Part shown: positions 1 to 11,412 of the stretch, in pieces
Layout of the letters: each line of letters opens with the position of its first letter
Numbering within the stretch: position 1 is the first letter of the stretch
Source of the DNA: Eimeria praecox
Lineage: Eukaryota
Reading direction: 5' to 3'
DNA length: 64,000 nt
Assembly (NCBI GenBank): GCA_963920595.1
Contig: OY986949.1
Coordinates: forward strand, 620,001 to 684,000
The notes under the pieces: model-generated
The model's input: the letters and a program-made list of their open reading frames with translations, nothing else
Database searches by the model: none
Told to the model about the DNA's origin: nothing
Position numbers and translations under genes: made by a program

Positions 1-125
1 TCTACCTGCAGCAGTATAAGCAGGCATGATTTGCTTGTTCATTTCCTTTTGACAGCATTCAAGCCATAATATTCGTTTCCCTCCCCTGCTCTGCTTTTAC
101 TGCCTGTCTTCCGCCTTGTCTGCAG

Positions 126-208
126 ACACCTCGGAGACAGAAAATGCTTCGTGTAGTACCCCACCAGAAGATTATGCGCTCCGTCGGAAGCTTATTGGGC
201 ATTGCTAG
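126..208 (+). CDS. Putative last coding exon of the preceding gene copy, which starts upstream of the window
   Basis: A pyrimidine-rich acceptor (ctgcctgtcttccgccttgtctgcag) ends at 125, followed by (D)TSETENASCSTPPEDYALRRKLIGHC*. Equivalent to 7899-7981. Confidence 0.4.
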
Positions 209-3200
209 CTTGAGATTGCAAGCCTAGGTTCCTAGTCGTATCGACGCCACTGCAAATTTATGAATAGTGACAAGCAGAACGTTGCACGAGCGACGCAGAG
301 CCCAGGAGCAGCAGCTGTTCCGTCAGTTGCTGCGTCAGGGATGAATTGCTTCAGCACTGGTTAGATCGTGGATGCCAGCCGGCCAGCCTCAGCAAGCCCA
401 TACTCCCTTAATTATGCACTTACATGGACCACAATTGTTTTTCAAAGCGGACGAGCCTTGCATCCTATTGGAGAGCATGCTGGTGTGCCCTCGTCGCCTC
501 AGGCGGTACCTGGCCCACCTTCCTTCATTTACCATGAACAGCTTGCTGCCTGTTGCAGTCTAAGGTTGCCGACTCTGCATGGTGCATTCCACTGCGTGCC
601 ACTTATCAATGTTATGTTGAGTGCAACAAAGCCTTGATCTAGTATGGGAAGGGACTAGGGAAACATAAATCTATGTGGACTGCCCAATCAACAAAATCGG
701 AATACATGCGTTGAACGTAGACGTATTGATGTGATATGAAACTCCGAAGTTGCCGTGCTTTGTCCTTGGCATAAACAGGACTCGAGCTTTGCAACGATAG
801 GTAATAGATTACTTATATACTCGAGGGTGACAAACAGAACTGCATATGAGGTCATCACAGCAGCTAAAGGGTTACAGGAAGCGAACATTTAACTCAGCTG
901 CACTGCACTTGGTTGCTGCAGCTATTGGGAGAGCCTGTCTTTCTACAGTTAAGTGTAACATTAATTCAACTCACCAGCCCCTGCATGGGTGCTCCTCTAG
1001 TCAAATGCTTGGCGTAAAGCGCAAAGGCTCTCCACGGAAACCCTGTAATATTCATCTGGGTTTGGCAAAGCGTTGCCAAGGGAAATGTGTATCGCTTGCG
1101 AAGTACTGAGCAACTAATCGGGTGTCCGGCAGCCTGGAAACTTCTCTTGTTGTGGAGGCCGCAGATGGGGGTAAGGTTGCACTAGCGTTGGTGTCTGAAG
1201 AACCTGTGTCGAGCAATCCAGTTCGTTGCTCTACGGAGATACAGCCACTGGCGAGAGAAAGTGACCTCGCCGTACAGACGATTTAAGGGGCACCTGATGA
1301 GGCAAGGCTGCTTCCCTGGGTTTTAATCAGGAGCGAGCGAAAGCTGGATCTATGGCCAGACATACTTTGTATTTCCCCATAGATTCTGCCTGCCACTCGC
1401 CTCTAATAGCCTGCAAATAATGCGACGAAATCTTGGCCGACGGTATTTGTTTCCGTGAGAACGGAGAAGATCTGGACTACCCAGCCCAAAGCAATGGCAT
1501 CCCCTCCAAGTGTTTGCTGCTGGAGGTGCCCACTGTTTCGCTATCACAGGACCAGCCATCAACGCAGCAATGAAATGACGGCGTGTATATCTGAGCCCAC
1601 GAGGCAAAGGGTGCAAGCATGACTGCTTACTCGCTAAGGAAGGAAAGCGCATGCTCAGTCACGTCACCACCGATAGCATGAGTGGTTAAGCCAGCACAGG
1701 TAAAATGCAGCACAGACCGGCTCGCACCTTCTGTTACACACACGGCCTTCAGCACCTGTGACAGTACGCAAAGACCCCATTTCTGCTTCGCGTCCGCGCA
1801 GTAAACACAAATTATCAGCATTGTCATGTGATGTTTCTACCGCACTTTCGCTTGAAAGGACGATGCAGATTTAGGGAGTGAAACGGGCACTGAACCAATA
1901 TTATGCTCTGAGCATGGGGCTACAGCGTCACGAACATTCCGAGGCGCAGTGGAAAAGCCACGAGATTGTGCATATCCTACTCTGCATTAGAACAACGCGG
2001 ATGTGTGTAAATGCTTAAACACCCGCAACTCAAGATGACCACTTGCAATTCATGCTGTGAAGAGAAAGATACAAAAGGGAAGGCACGTGTAGTCCATGCA
2101 ATAGTGCAATAGACGAGGTACCCAGCAGTGTTCTGTTTCGTTCTGCTTCTGAACAGCGCAGAGTACACAGTGCTCCCTTACTCATGCATGTTTTAGATAT
2201 ATGGAGGGATTATCTAGCTTAGAGGTGGATGCCGGATGAGAGCGCGATGCCTTGTGCAGCTGCTAGAGTGAGTCATCTCATATTTTAGGGACACTACAGG
2301 AAGGGCAGAAGGAGAGCGGAAGCCTGCTGCAGGGTCACTGCCCCTTTCACGACCCGAAACAAGACCCTTCGTTAAAGGTGAAACAATGGATTAATCCAGA
2401 ATATATCGTGCAGTGTGGTGAGCTGCATGAAGGAGCTTTTCTTTCTAGTATCTGCACCCTAATGCTTGATGATGTCCACTCCTGACTGGTTCGCGAGGAA
2501 TAACCCAACGAAAAGGTGCGTCAGGAGGACACTACATGTACCACTTTTCGCCTCGAAATTTTCGGTTTGGCTCAATCGTAAAGCGGGCCCTTATGCTTAC
2601 ACTAGCTGGCTGTCTGAAGGGTAAGCTGCTGCACCATGGTTGTGCACGAGTCCCCTGAGGGGCCCTAGTGACCCATATTCACGAGTTTTGTGTGCAAGCC
2701 ATCTGCATCTTTAAGTTCTCATCAGAACTTTGCCAGAATTGAAATTAGACTGCATTGAAAACCATCAAGGTGCTTCTGTTGTGGCTAGGGAAGAGCTGCA
2801 GGAAACGACGCATTGGGGCACGAAGCCCTTCCAATGTGACTTGCTACCAATCACCTGGCCACAATAGATCAGGCCTTTTCCGTCCATTACAAGTGCAGTA
2901 AACGTATCAAGTGTTAGGATTAATTGATCAAAATTCAAATATAATCAAGGAAGACCGCTTTCAGGATGCAACGAAGCTCCAACCGAACGCCCGAGGTCCA
3001 GGACCTCGCTTGCCGACAGACCCTAGGCCACTGGACTGATGTCACGCTACCCGCCTCGTGGCTACCTTGTGGCCTTGTCCACTTTAATCAGTTTCGCTCT
3101 CAATCACCTGCAAATATCCGAATTAACAAGCAAACAAAGTGTTGCCTTTTTCAAAACCATTGTTTTTTCAATATTATTATCGCGTTAGCGTCTGCGTCTG

Positions 3201-3639
3201 CAAAGCAGCGAGTGTCCTGCCATCGACAGCCCAGGCAATTGTCTTCGGAAACAACTTTTGTCACGCTATCTGCTTCTCTCACCGCTTCTAACCGTCTGAA
3301 TATTATAGTCTGCTGTGAGGTCTTTCATCCTCACCAAGGTAAGAAGGCAAGAATTCCCTCCACGGCTGCGAGCCTTTACCCAGCAAAGCGAATTCTTAGT
3401 GTCTTTGGTCAGAATCTTTGGCGCCTTCGGTCACTGGGTGCACTCCTACACGCCTTGATGAAACCCGCTATCCTCATAGTTCCTTTACGCCCATTGGATG
3501 TTTTGTACATCACTCAAGTAACAAAGTTTGGACCTTAGGACATGGTGTACGCGCCACAGGCCCACTCAATGTCCATCGTGTGCTCTGCCTTTGGCCTGTC
3601 ATCTGCAGCCTGGACGGAAACTACTGAAACTACTGGAGA

Positions 3640-6600
3640 ATGACGCTCATAAGCTACCCGCTACATAGGGCATGTACCCTACTAGCTCTCCTTGGTGTCT
3701 TTGGGGGTTCTGAGGCAAATTACATGCCAAGCTCCTCATCAGGACTCTCCGCGCAGGAGCAGTTCACTAGAGAAGAGCCCGGACAGCTTCTAGACGGAAG
3801 TGCGCCATACTTGATTTATTGCTTACTCTGCTGAGTGCTTGAGCATCAGATAGTTTCAGTTCATATTGCATGAACATTCTTCAGGTGTTCATGGAATGGG
3901 CCGGGTCATTCTGTTCCTCGTTGTGTCTCCCGTTACCTCTCAGAAATTCCGCGTAACGACGGCGGTGGCTTTCGTAGTGGTGGTCAGAAAAGCAGTGATG
4001 GCGGCTTCGGGGAGGAGAAGGAAACTCCTCCGCATGAGTATCCCGAGATGGCAGCTATACCAATGATGGCTGAAGCCGTCTTGGAGGACTGCGAGGATGA
4101 GGAAGAAGAGGAAGAAGAAGAAACTTCAGGCAGCACAAGGAGTAGCGATGAATCTTCGTCAAAAGAAGCTGACGAAGCTGCTTCGTTCAGAAAGGTACAG
4201 ACATATAACACAACGGAGAGCGGTCCTCATCTGTTTGGTAGTAAAGGAATCCCCTGCTCTGGATGCACGGCCTCTAATGTTCAACCAGTCGCACAGCGGA
4301 AGACTTACCGGAGAACACCTGCTCATGCGCACCAGCTGCATGCACAAAGGAGTGTGAAAGTGCTTCATGATCGTTCCTTCAATGAGGCTACATCGGGAAA
4401 GCAGACGACCCTTCGTAGGAATCAGCCGCACAGTGAGGGAGCACCACGGAATCCACAGGTTTACCGCTTTGAAGGAAATGCGACTCATTTGAATATCCCG
4501 ATAATTCGCCGAGCGTCTGGTCCGCAAGACACGGGAGAGCTGGAAGGCACAACCCGCAACTGTACCAGCAAGGACTTTCCACAGGGCACCCGAGTCGCCT
4601 ACAGGGCCCGATATCCACGCGGAACAGGCACTCCTAAGGGATGCCTTCAAGAGAGGGTTTCCTCTCCACAAGTCTCTCACGTGGTTAAGAGAGAGCATTA
4701 TTCGTCCGATATGGGTGCAACTGAAGCAGAAGAGTACTGCACTGATGGCTGTCAGCAAGCCGTCCCACATGCTTTCATTGTTAGATGCCCACGCAGAACA
4801 GGCACGCCTCAGGGGTGCCTTCACAGGAGAGAGCATTCTCCACAAATCGTTCGTTCTGCCCGGACATTGGACTATCCCTCCGGTGTGCATGAATCTGAAG
4901 CAGAGCAATATTATCGTGGCCGCTGTAGGCAAGCAACTCGCGGGAGATACAGGGCTCGATATCCATGCGGAACAGGCACGCCTCAGGGAAGCCTTCACAG
5001 GAGAGACGCCTCACAACAAACATTTCATCAGTTTAAAGGCGCCACCCAGCAACATGGCAATGGCGCACCTGTTCCAAGCATGCGCAGCAGCGGGATGCAT
5101 CTACCAAGCACTCGGCCAAACCCTGGTACTCGGTTTCCACGAAGAACTGGCACACCGCAGGGAAGCCTTCAAAGGCTAGTTACCCCTCTGCCAAGGCCCC
5201 AATCAGTGCAGGTTCTCCATAGCCAGCACAGTAGCATCTCTCCTGAATCGCAAGTACGCATAGACGAAGAATGTCCGCAGGCGACACAATTGGCCCGCAG
5301 GGATCGGTGCCCACAAGGAACAGGTACGCCTCAGGGATGCCTTCGCAGGAGGGAACCTCCCGTACAAATCTCTCACATGGTTCAAGAAACCCCTTATTCT
5401 ACCGAGATGGACTTGCCTGAAAGCGAAGCATACAACAGTGACGACTGTTCGCAAGCCTTGCGTGGGACTTGGACGGATCCATTGCCATGCGCAGCAGGCG
5501 TGTTTCAGGGATGCCTTTGCATGAGGGAAGCCTCACCGCAACCCCTCCAGGCAGTTCAAGATCCCCCAGATGCAAGCGGCACGTGTACATCCGAAGGAAA
5601 AACATTCAGTGGAGAGACGTCTTCAACCAGTTTTCGCGAGGCCTTCACCGCTCGCTATTTTGCAGAAGCACGCATGGCGGAGACAGGTGCCGATAGTGAC
5701 TTTGACTTTCAGTGGGATGACGGTGAGGAAAATGACGAACTCATTTCCCTTGCTTGTGAGGCGGTCACAAAGTCAAGCTTATCACCATTGCAACAGCGGC
5801 AAAAGAGAACAGACGAACCTCAACAGAGCTGTCGAACTAACAGGTTCGAAGAGACTGTCCCAGCTGCCAATCAAAGGCAGGCCTTAGAAGCTGCCGACCC
5901 CTTCCAGATTGTGAGATTCTGTTCAATGTGCTGGCTGTACGGCCTTAGCAGCTGCCTTCGTGAGCGCATGAGCAACACCCATACCAATGCATATCATTGC
6001 ATATTGTTTTGCGGCAATTCAAAGTTTGCTTCTGGTTCCCGTTGTTTTGGGTTTGCAGCGAACACAAGAGACTCCCCAATATGCTATCGCCCCGCAAACA
6101 GATGGCCAGGACAAGCAGCAACAGGCGCACCAGCAGCAGAGCAGGATTGCACTATTAGGTTTGCCTCACACAGCAGTTGGGAGCACAAATTCTAAGTGGA
6201 GCACCTCTTGCGAGAATGCAGGTCTTCTCGACCCGTCGGGGATTTGGAGTTCTAAGTGGGTGCCAGATTTCCCTGGGAATCCTGCCTGGGAAGGGGTAGG
6301 AAGTGCCAACAGTACACATTTTTCGGTGGGACGTCAGGAGGATGATTGTTGGGGACGACGAAGGCACAAGGAGGTCTCGAGTTCAAATAGCGATTCAAAT
6401 CGTTGTCTGCAACATCCGGCTACGCCTGACGAACAGACGCAGATGCCGGGCCTTAGTACACATACAGTTAATCCTTTTCAGTTACCACAAGTTGCACAGG
6501 CTGCAGGTGGATGTGACCATTGTGGCATTTCGTCATCAATGAACTCAGGGAAAACATCATCATCTCCATCACATGGCATTACATCAGAGAATTCAGGGAC

Positions 6601-7981
6601 CACTTCACAAAGTCCCTTCAAACAAGGCCAAGCTGGCCTAGGAAATTTGAGCTGCTGTCTATCAGCTGGTACCTTCTTGCAATCTCCCAGGTTAGGGCCC
6701 GACTTTCGTGCTGCTCTGTTGTCGACATCGTGGGCCGCTTCCTGCGATTTAGCAGGCCTTGATAAAGGGGTTGTGGGATGCAACCCTGAGCACGTGGAAC
6801 CTGAGTCCTACGACTCATCCCACATGTCAGCGGACACTGAACAGCACGATAGCAGGGCAATGAAAGGCCCATTGCTCAGATCCGCGCAAGCTAACGATCT
6901 ACTCGGCCCAGCGGGTGGCAGCGAGTGCTCTCGCGCTGACCTTGGCAATGCACAGCAAGCTCCTAAGGATTCTCCTGCGCCTCAAGACAACTCTCCAGAG
7001 GCCTTGTCACCATTTTGGCTTGGAGACGATCCTGTCCTAGAGCTGGTACAGAAATCTCAGTTTGCTTCTATTGGGGCATACATACTTGCGAAGTCATCAA
7101 AGGGTTCAGCAAAGTTGCAGGAAGGCACTTCGAAAACTTCATCGCTCCCGGACGGTGTTGTACCTAGGTCTCGTGAATCGCCAGAAGTCGCCAGTAGACT
7201 GAGCGAAGGGCCTCTACGTCTTCAGGAAGAACGAAGATCACCAATACTTACGGTTTCAGGCGGCATTGATGCGCTTCCAGCATATCATGCAAATTATACT
7301 CTGGAGGTACGCCAGCCACACCCAAGTCATATATAAGCTAAACAAGTATTAGGCATGCATAAATGAAATGAAGCATTGAATTTGTACCTGTCCTAGATGG
7401 GTGCTTCCCTATCCACGCCGAGCTTCATCAGCAGAACTGGTGAATGCGCGTCATACCTCCTAGCATTTGCGAAAATACAAGCATCTACCTGTGTCCCCCT
7501 GGTCTGTCCAGCGTTCCCAAACTGTGTGCGGGCTTCGTCCATTAGTAATGGGGCACGAACATGAACCAGATAGGCAGCACAATGCCTCACAAGCAACGCA
7601 GCCACCGGACGCGGCATTATCGAGAATTCCAATGAGCGTGGTGAAGATAGAGCAGACTCCAAGTAGTATTGTGCCAAACTGTGAAGAATCAGAACTCTTG
7701 GATTGCTTTTCACCTGCATTACATCACAAACAAGAGTCCGTCCCAGGTGGCCGTAACCGCCAGCCAGTTCTTTTCTACCTGCAGCAGTATAAGCAGGCAT
7801 GATTTGCTTGTTCATTTCCTTTTGACAGCATTCAAGCCATAATATTCGTTTCCCTCCCCTGCTCTGCTTTTACTGCCTGTCTTCCGCCTTGTCTGCAGAC
7901 ACCTCGGAGACAGAAAATGCTTCGTGTAGTACCCCACCAGAAGATTATGCGCTCCGTCGGAAGCTTATTGGGCATTGCTAG
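3640..7981 (+). CDS. Hypothetical spliced, possibly secreted, repeat-containing low-complexity protein, copy 1 (~1246 aa; proposed exons 3640-3799, 3944-5910, 6059-7306, 7464-7746, 7899-7981)
   Basis: The 715-aa and 449-aa ORFs join in frame through intron 5911-6058 (ATT|gtgaga...gttttgggtttgcag|CGA). Intron 3800-3943 (gtgcgc...tgtgtctcccgttacctctcag) links the hydrophobic leader MTLISYPLHRACTLLALLGVFGGSEA in frame. Introns 7307-7463 and 7747-7898 also preserve frame but are less certain. All four introns are 144-157 bp. Confidence 0.65.
4540..5660 (+). repeat. Degenerate in-frame 174-bp (58-aa) tandem repeat, six copies, present in each intact gene copy
   Basis: The core GTGTPQG[C/S]L-like motif starts at 4621, 4795, 4969, 5143, 5317 and 5491, exactly 174 bp apart. 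Outer boundaries are approximate. Confidence 0.95.
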
Positions 7982-10900
7982 CTTGAGATTGCAAGCCTAG
8001 TTTCCTAGTCGTATCGACGCCACTGCAAATTTATGAATAATGACAAGCAGAACGTTGCACGAGCGACGCAGAGCCCAGGAGCAGCAGCTGTTCCGTCAGT
8101 TGCTGCGTCAGGGATGAATTGCTTCAGCACTGGTTAGGTCGTGGATGCCAGCCGGCCAGCCTCAGCAAGCCCATACTCCCTTAATTATGCACTTACATGG
8201 ACCACAATTGTTTTTCAAAGCGGACGAGCCTTGCATCCTATTGGAGAGCATGCTGGTGTGCCCTCGTCGCCTCAGGCGGTACCTGGCCCACCTTCCTTCA
8301 TTTACCATGAACAGCTTGCTGCCTGTTGCAGTCTAAGGTTGCCGACTCTGCATGGTGCATTCCACTGCGTGCCACTTATCAATGTTATGTTGAGTGCAAC
8401 AAAGCCTTGATCTAGTATGGGAAGGGACTAGGGAAACATAAATCTATGTGGACTGCCCAATCAACAAAATCGGAATACATGCGTTGAACGTAGACGTATT
8501 GATGTGATATGAAACTCCGAAGTTGCCGTGCTTTGTCCTTGGCATAAACAGGACTCGAGCTTTGCAACGATAGGTAATAGATTACTTATATACTCGAGGG
8601 TGACAAACAGAACTGCATATGAGGTCATCACAGCAGCTAAAGGGTTACAGGAAGCGAACATTTAACTCAGCTGCACTGCACTTGGTTGCTGCAGCTATTG
8701 GGAGAGCCTGTCTTTCTACAGTTAAGTGTAACATTAATTCAACTCACCAGCCCCTGCATGGGTGCTCCTCTAGTCAAATGCTTGCCGTAAAGCGCAAAGG
8801 CTCTCCACGGAAACCCTGTAATATTCATCTGGGTTTGGCAAAGCGTTGCCAAGGGAAATGTGTATCGCTTGCGAAGTACTGAGCAACTAATCGGGTGTCC
8901 GGCAGCCTGGAAACTTCTCTTGTTGTGGAGGCCGCAGATGGGGGTAAGGTTGCACTAGCGTTGGTGTCTGAAGAACCTGTGTCGAGCAATCCAGTTCGTT
9001 GCTCTACGGAGATACAGCCACTGGCGAGAGAAAGTGACCTCGCCGTACAGACGATTTAAGGGGCACCTGATGAGGCAAGGCTGCTTCCCTGGGTTTTAAT
9101 CAGGAGCGAGCGAAAGCTGGATCTATGGCCAGACATACTTTGTATTTCCCCATAGATTCTGCCTGCCACTCGCCTCTAATAGCCTGCAAATAATGCGACG
9201 AAATCTTGGCCGACGGTATTTGTTTCCGTGAGAACGGAGAAGATCTGGACTACCCAGCCCAAAGCAATGGCATCCCCTCCAAGTGTTTGCTGCTGGAGGT
9301 GCCCACTGTTTCGCTATCACAGGACCAGCCATCAACGCAGCAATGAAATGACGGCGTGTATATCTGAGCCCACGAGGCAAAGGGTGCAAGCATGACTGCT
9401 TACTCGCTAAGGAAGGAAAGCGCATGCTCAGTCACGTCACCACCGATAGCATGAGTGGTTAAGCCAGCACAGGTAAAATGCAGCACAGACCGGCTCGCAC
9501 CTTCTGTTACACACACGGCCTTCAGCACCTGTGACAGTACGCAAAGACCCCATTTCTGCTTCGCGTCCGCGCAGTAAACACAAATTATCAGCATTGTCAT
9601 GTGATGTTTCTACCGCACTTTCGCTTGAAAGGACGATGCAGATTTAGGGAGTGAAACGGGCACTGAACCAATATTATGCTCTGAGCATGGGGCTACAGCG
9701 TCACGAACATTCCGAGGCGCAGTGGAAAAGCCACGAGATTGTGCATATCCTACTCTGCATTAGAACAACGCGGATGTGTGTAAATGCTTAAACACCCGCA
9801 ACTCAAGATGACCACTTGCAATTCATGCTGTGAAGAGAAAGATACAAAAGGGAAGGCACGTGTAGTCCATGCAATAGTGCAATAGACGAGGTACCCAGCA
9901 GTGTTCTGTTTCGTTCTGCTTCTGAACAGCGCAGAGTACACAGTGCTCCCTTACTCATGCATGTTTTAGATATATGGAGGGATTATCTAGCTTAGAGGTG
10001 GATGCCGGATGAGAGCGCGATGCCTTGTGCAGCTGCTAGAGTGAGTCATCTCATATTTTAGGGACACTACAGGAAGGGCAGAAGGAGAGCGGAAGCCTGC
10101 TGCAGGGTCACTGCCCCTTTCACGACCCGAAACAAGACCCTTCGTTAAAGGTGAAACAATGGATTAATCCAGAATATATCGTGCAGTGTGGTGAGCTGCA
10201 TGAAGGAGCTTTTCTTTCTAGTATCTGCACCCTAATGCTTGATGATGTCCACTCCTGACTGGTTCGCGAGGAATAACCCAACGAAAAGGTGCGTCAGGAG
10301 GACACTACATGTACCACTTTTCGCCTCGAAATTTTCGGTTTGGCTCAATCGTAAAGCGGGCCCTTATGCTTACACTAGCTGGCTGTCTGAAGGGTAAGCT
10401 GCTGCACCATGGTTGTGCACGAGTCCCCTGAGGGGCCCTAGTGACCCATATTCACGAGTTTTGTGTGCAAGCCATCTGCATCTTTAAGTTCTCATCAGAA
10501 CTTTGCCAGAATTGAAATTAGACTGCATTGAAAACCATCAAGGTGCTTCTGTTGTGGCTAGGGAAGAGCTGCAGGAAACGACGCATTGGGGCACGAAGCC
10601 CTTCCAATGTGACTTGCTACCAATCACCTGGCCACAATAGATCAGGCCTTTTCCGTCCATTACAAGTGCAGTAAACGTATCAAGTGTTAGGATTAATTGA
10701 TCAAAATTCAAATATAATCAAGGAAGACCGCTTTCAGGATGCAACGAAGCTCCAACCGAACGCCCGAGGTCCAGGACCTCGCTTGCCGACAGACCCTAGG
10801 CCACTGGACTGATGTCACGCTACCCGCCTCGTGGCTACCTTGTGGCCTTGTCCACTTTAATCAGTTTCGCTCTCAATCACCTGCAAATATCCGAATTAAC

Positions 10901-11412
10901 AAGCAAACAAAGTGTTGCCTTTTTCAAAACCATTGTTTTTTCAATATTATTATCGCGTTAGCGTCTGCGTCTGCAAAGCAGCGAGTGTCCTGCCATCGAC
11001 AGCCCAGGCAATTGTCTTCGGAAACAACTTTTGTCACGCTATCTGCTTCTCTCACCGCTTCTAACCGTCTGAATATTATAGTCTGCTGTGAGGTCTTTCA
11101 TCCTCACCAAGGTAAGAAGGCAAGAATTCCCTCCACGGCTGCGAGCCTTTACCCAGCAAAGCGAATTCTTAGTGTCTTTGGTCAGAATCTTTGGCGCCTT
11201 CGGTCACTGGGTGCACTCCTACACGCCTTGATGAAACCCGCTATCCTCATAGTTCCTTTACGCCCATTGGATGTTTTGTACATCACTCAAGTAACAAAGT
11301 TTGGACCTTCGGACATGGTGTACGCACCACAGGCCCACTCAATGTCCATCGTGTGCTCTGCCTTTGGCCTGTCATCCGCAGCCTGGACGGAAACTACTGA
11401 AACTACTGGAGA

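Noticed and set aside
1870..2290. Telomere-like TTTAGGG at 1870-1876 and 2284-2290
   Set aside because: These are single isolated heptamers, not tandem, and are compatible with chance.
368..3538. Short intergenic ORFs (63-225 aa) as genes
   Set aside because: Several use non-ATG starts, their composition looks random, and some have polymorphic stops or frameshifts among copies. Their recurrence only reflects the tandem duplication.
3617..3634. 9-bp tandem duplication gaaactact x2 just upstream of the proposed start codon
   Set aside because: A minor slippage-type duplication with no evidence of function.
4337..4344. TGCATGCA and scattered CAGCAG as evidence for a coccidian (apicomplexan) host or an ApiAP2 binding site
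   Set aside because: Suggestive only: the occurrences are few and this one lies inside coding sequence, so it is insufficient to assign an organism or a regulatory site.
4159..4998. 279-aa minus-strand ORF with repeated KASLRRACSAW
   Set aside because: It is the antisense shadow of the 174-bp coding repeat and has no independent support.
4048..7336. Programmed frameshift or gag-pol-like overlap between the 715-aa and 449-aa ORFs (retroelement)
   Set aside because: A canonical in-frame intron explains the overlap. I see no reverse transcriptase, integrase, protease or transposase motifs, and no LTRs or terminal inverted repeats.
1..7773. rDNA or other RNA-gene tandem unit, given the ~7.8-kb period
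   Set aside because: No recognisable conserved SSU, LSU, 5.8S, 5S or tRNA sequence.
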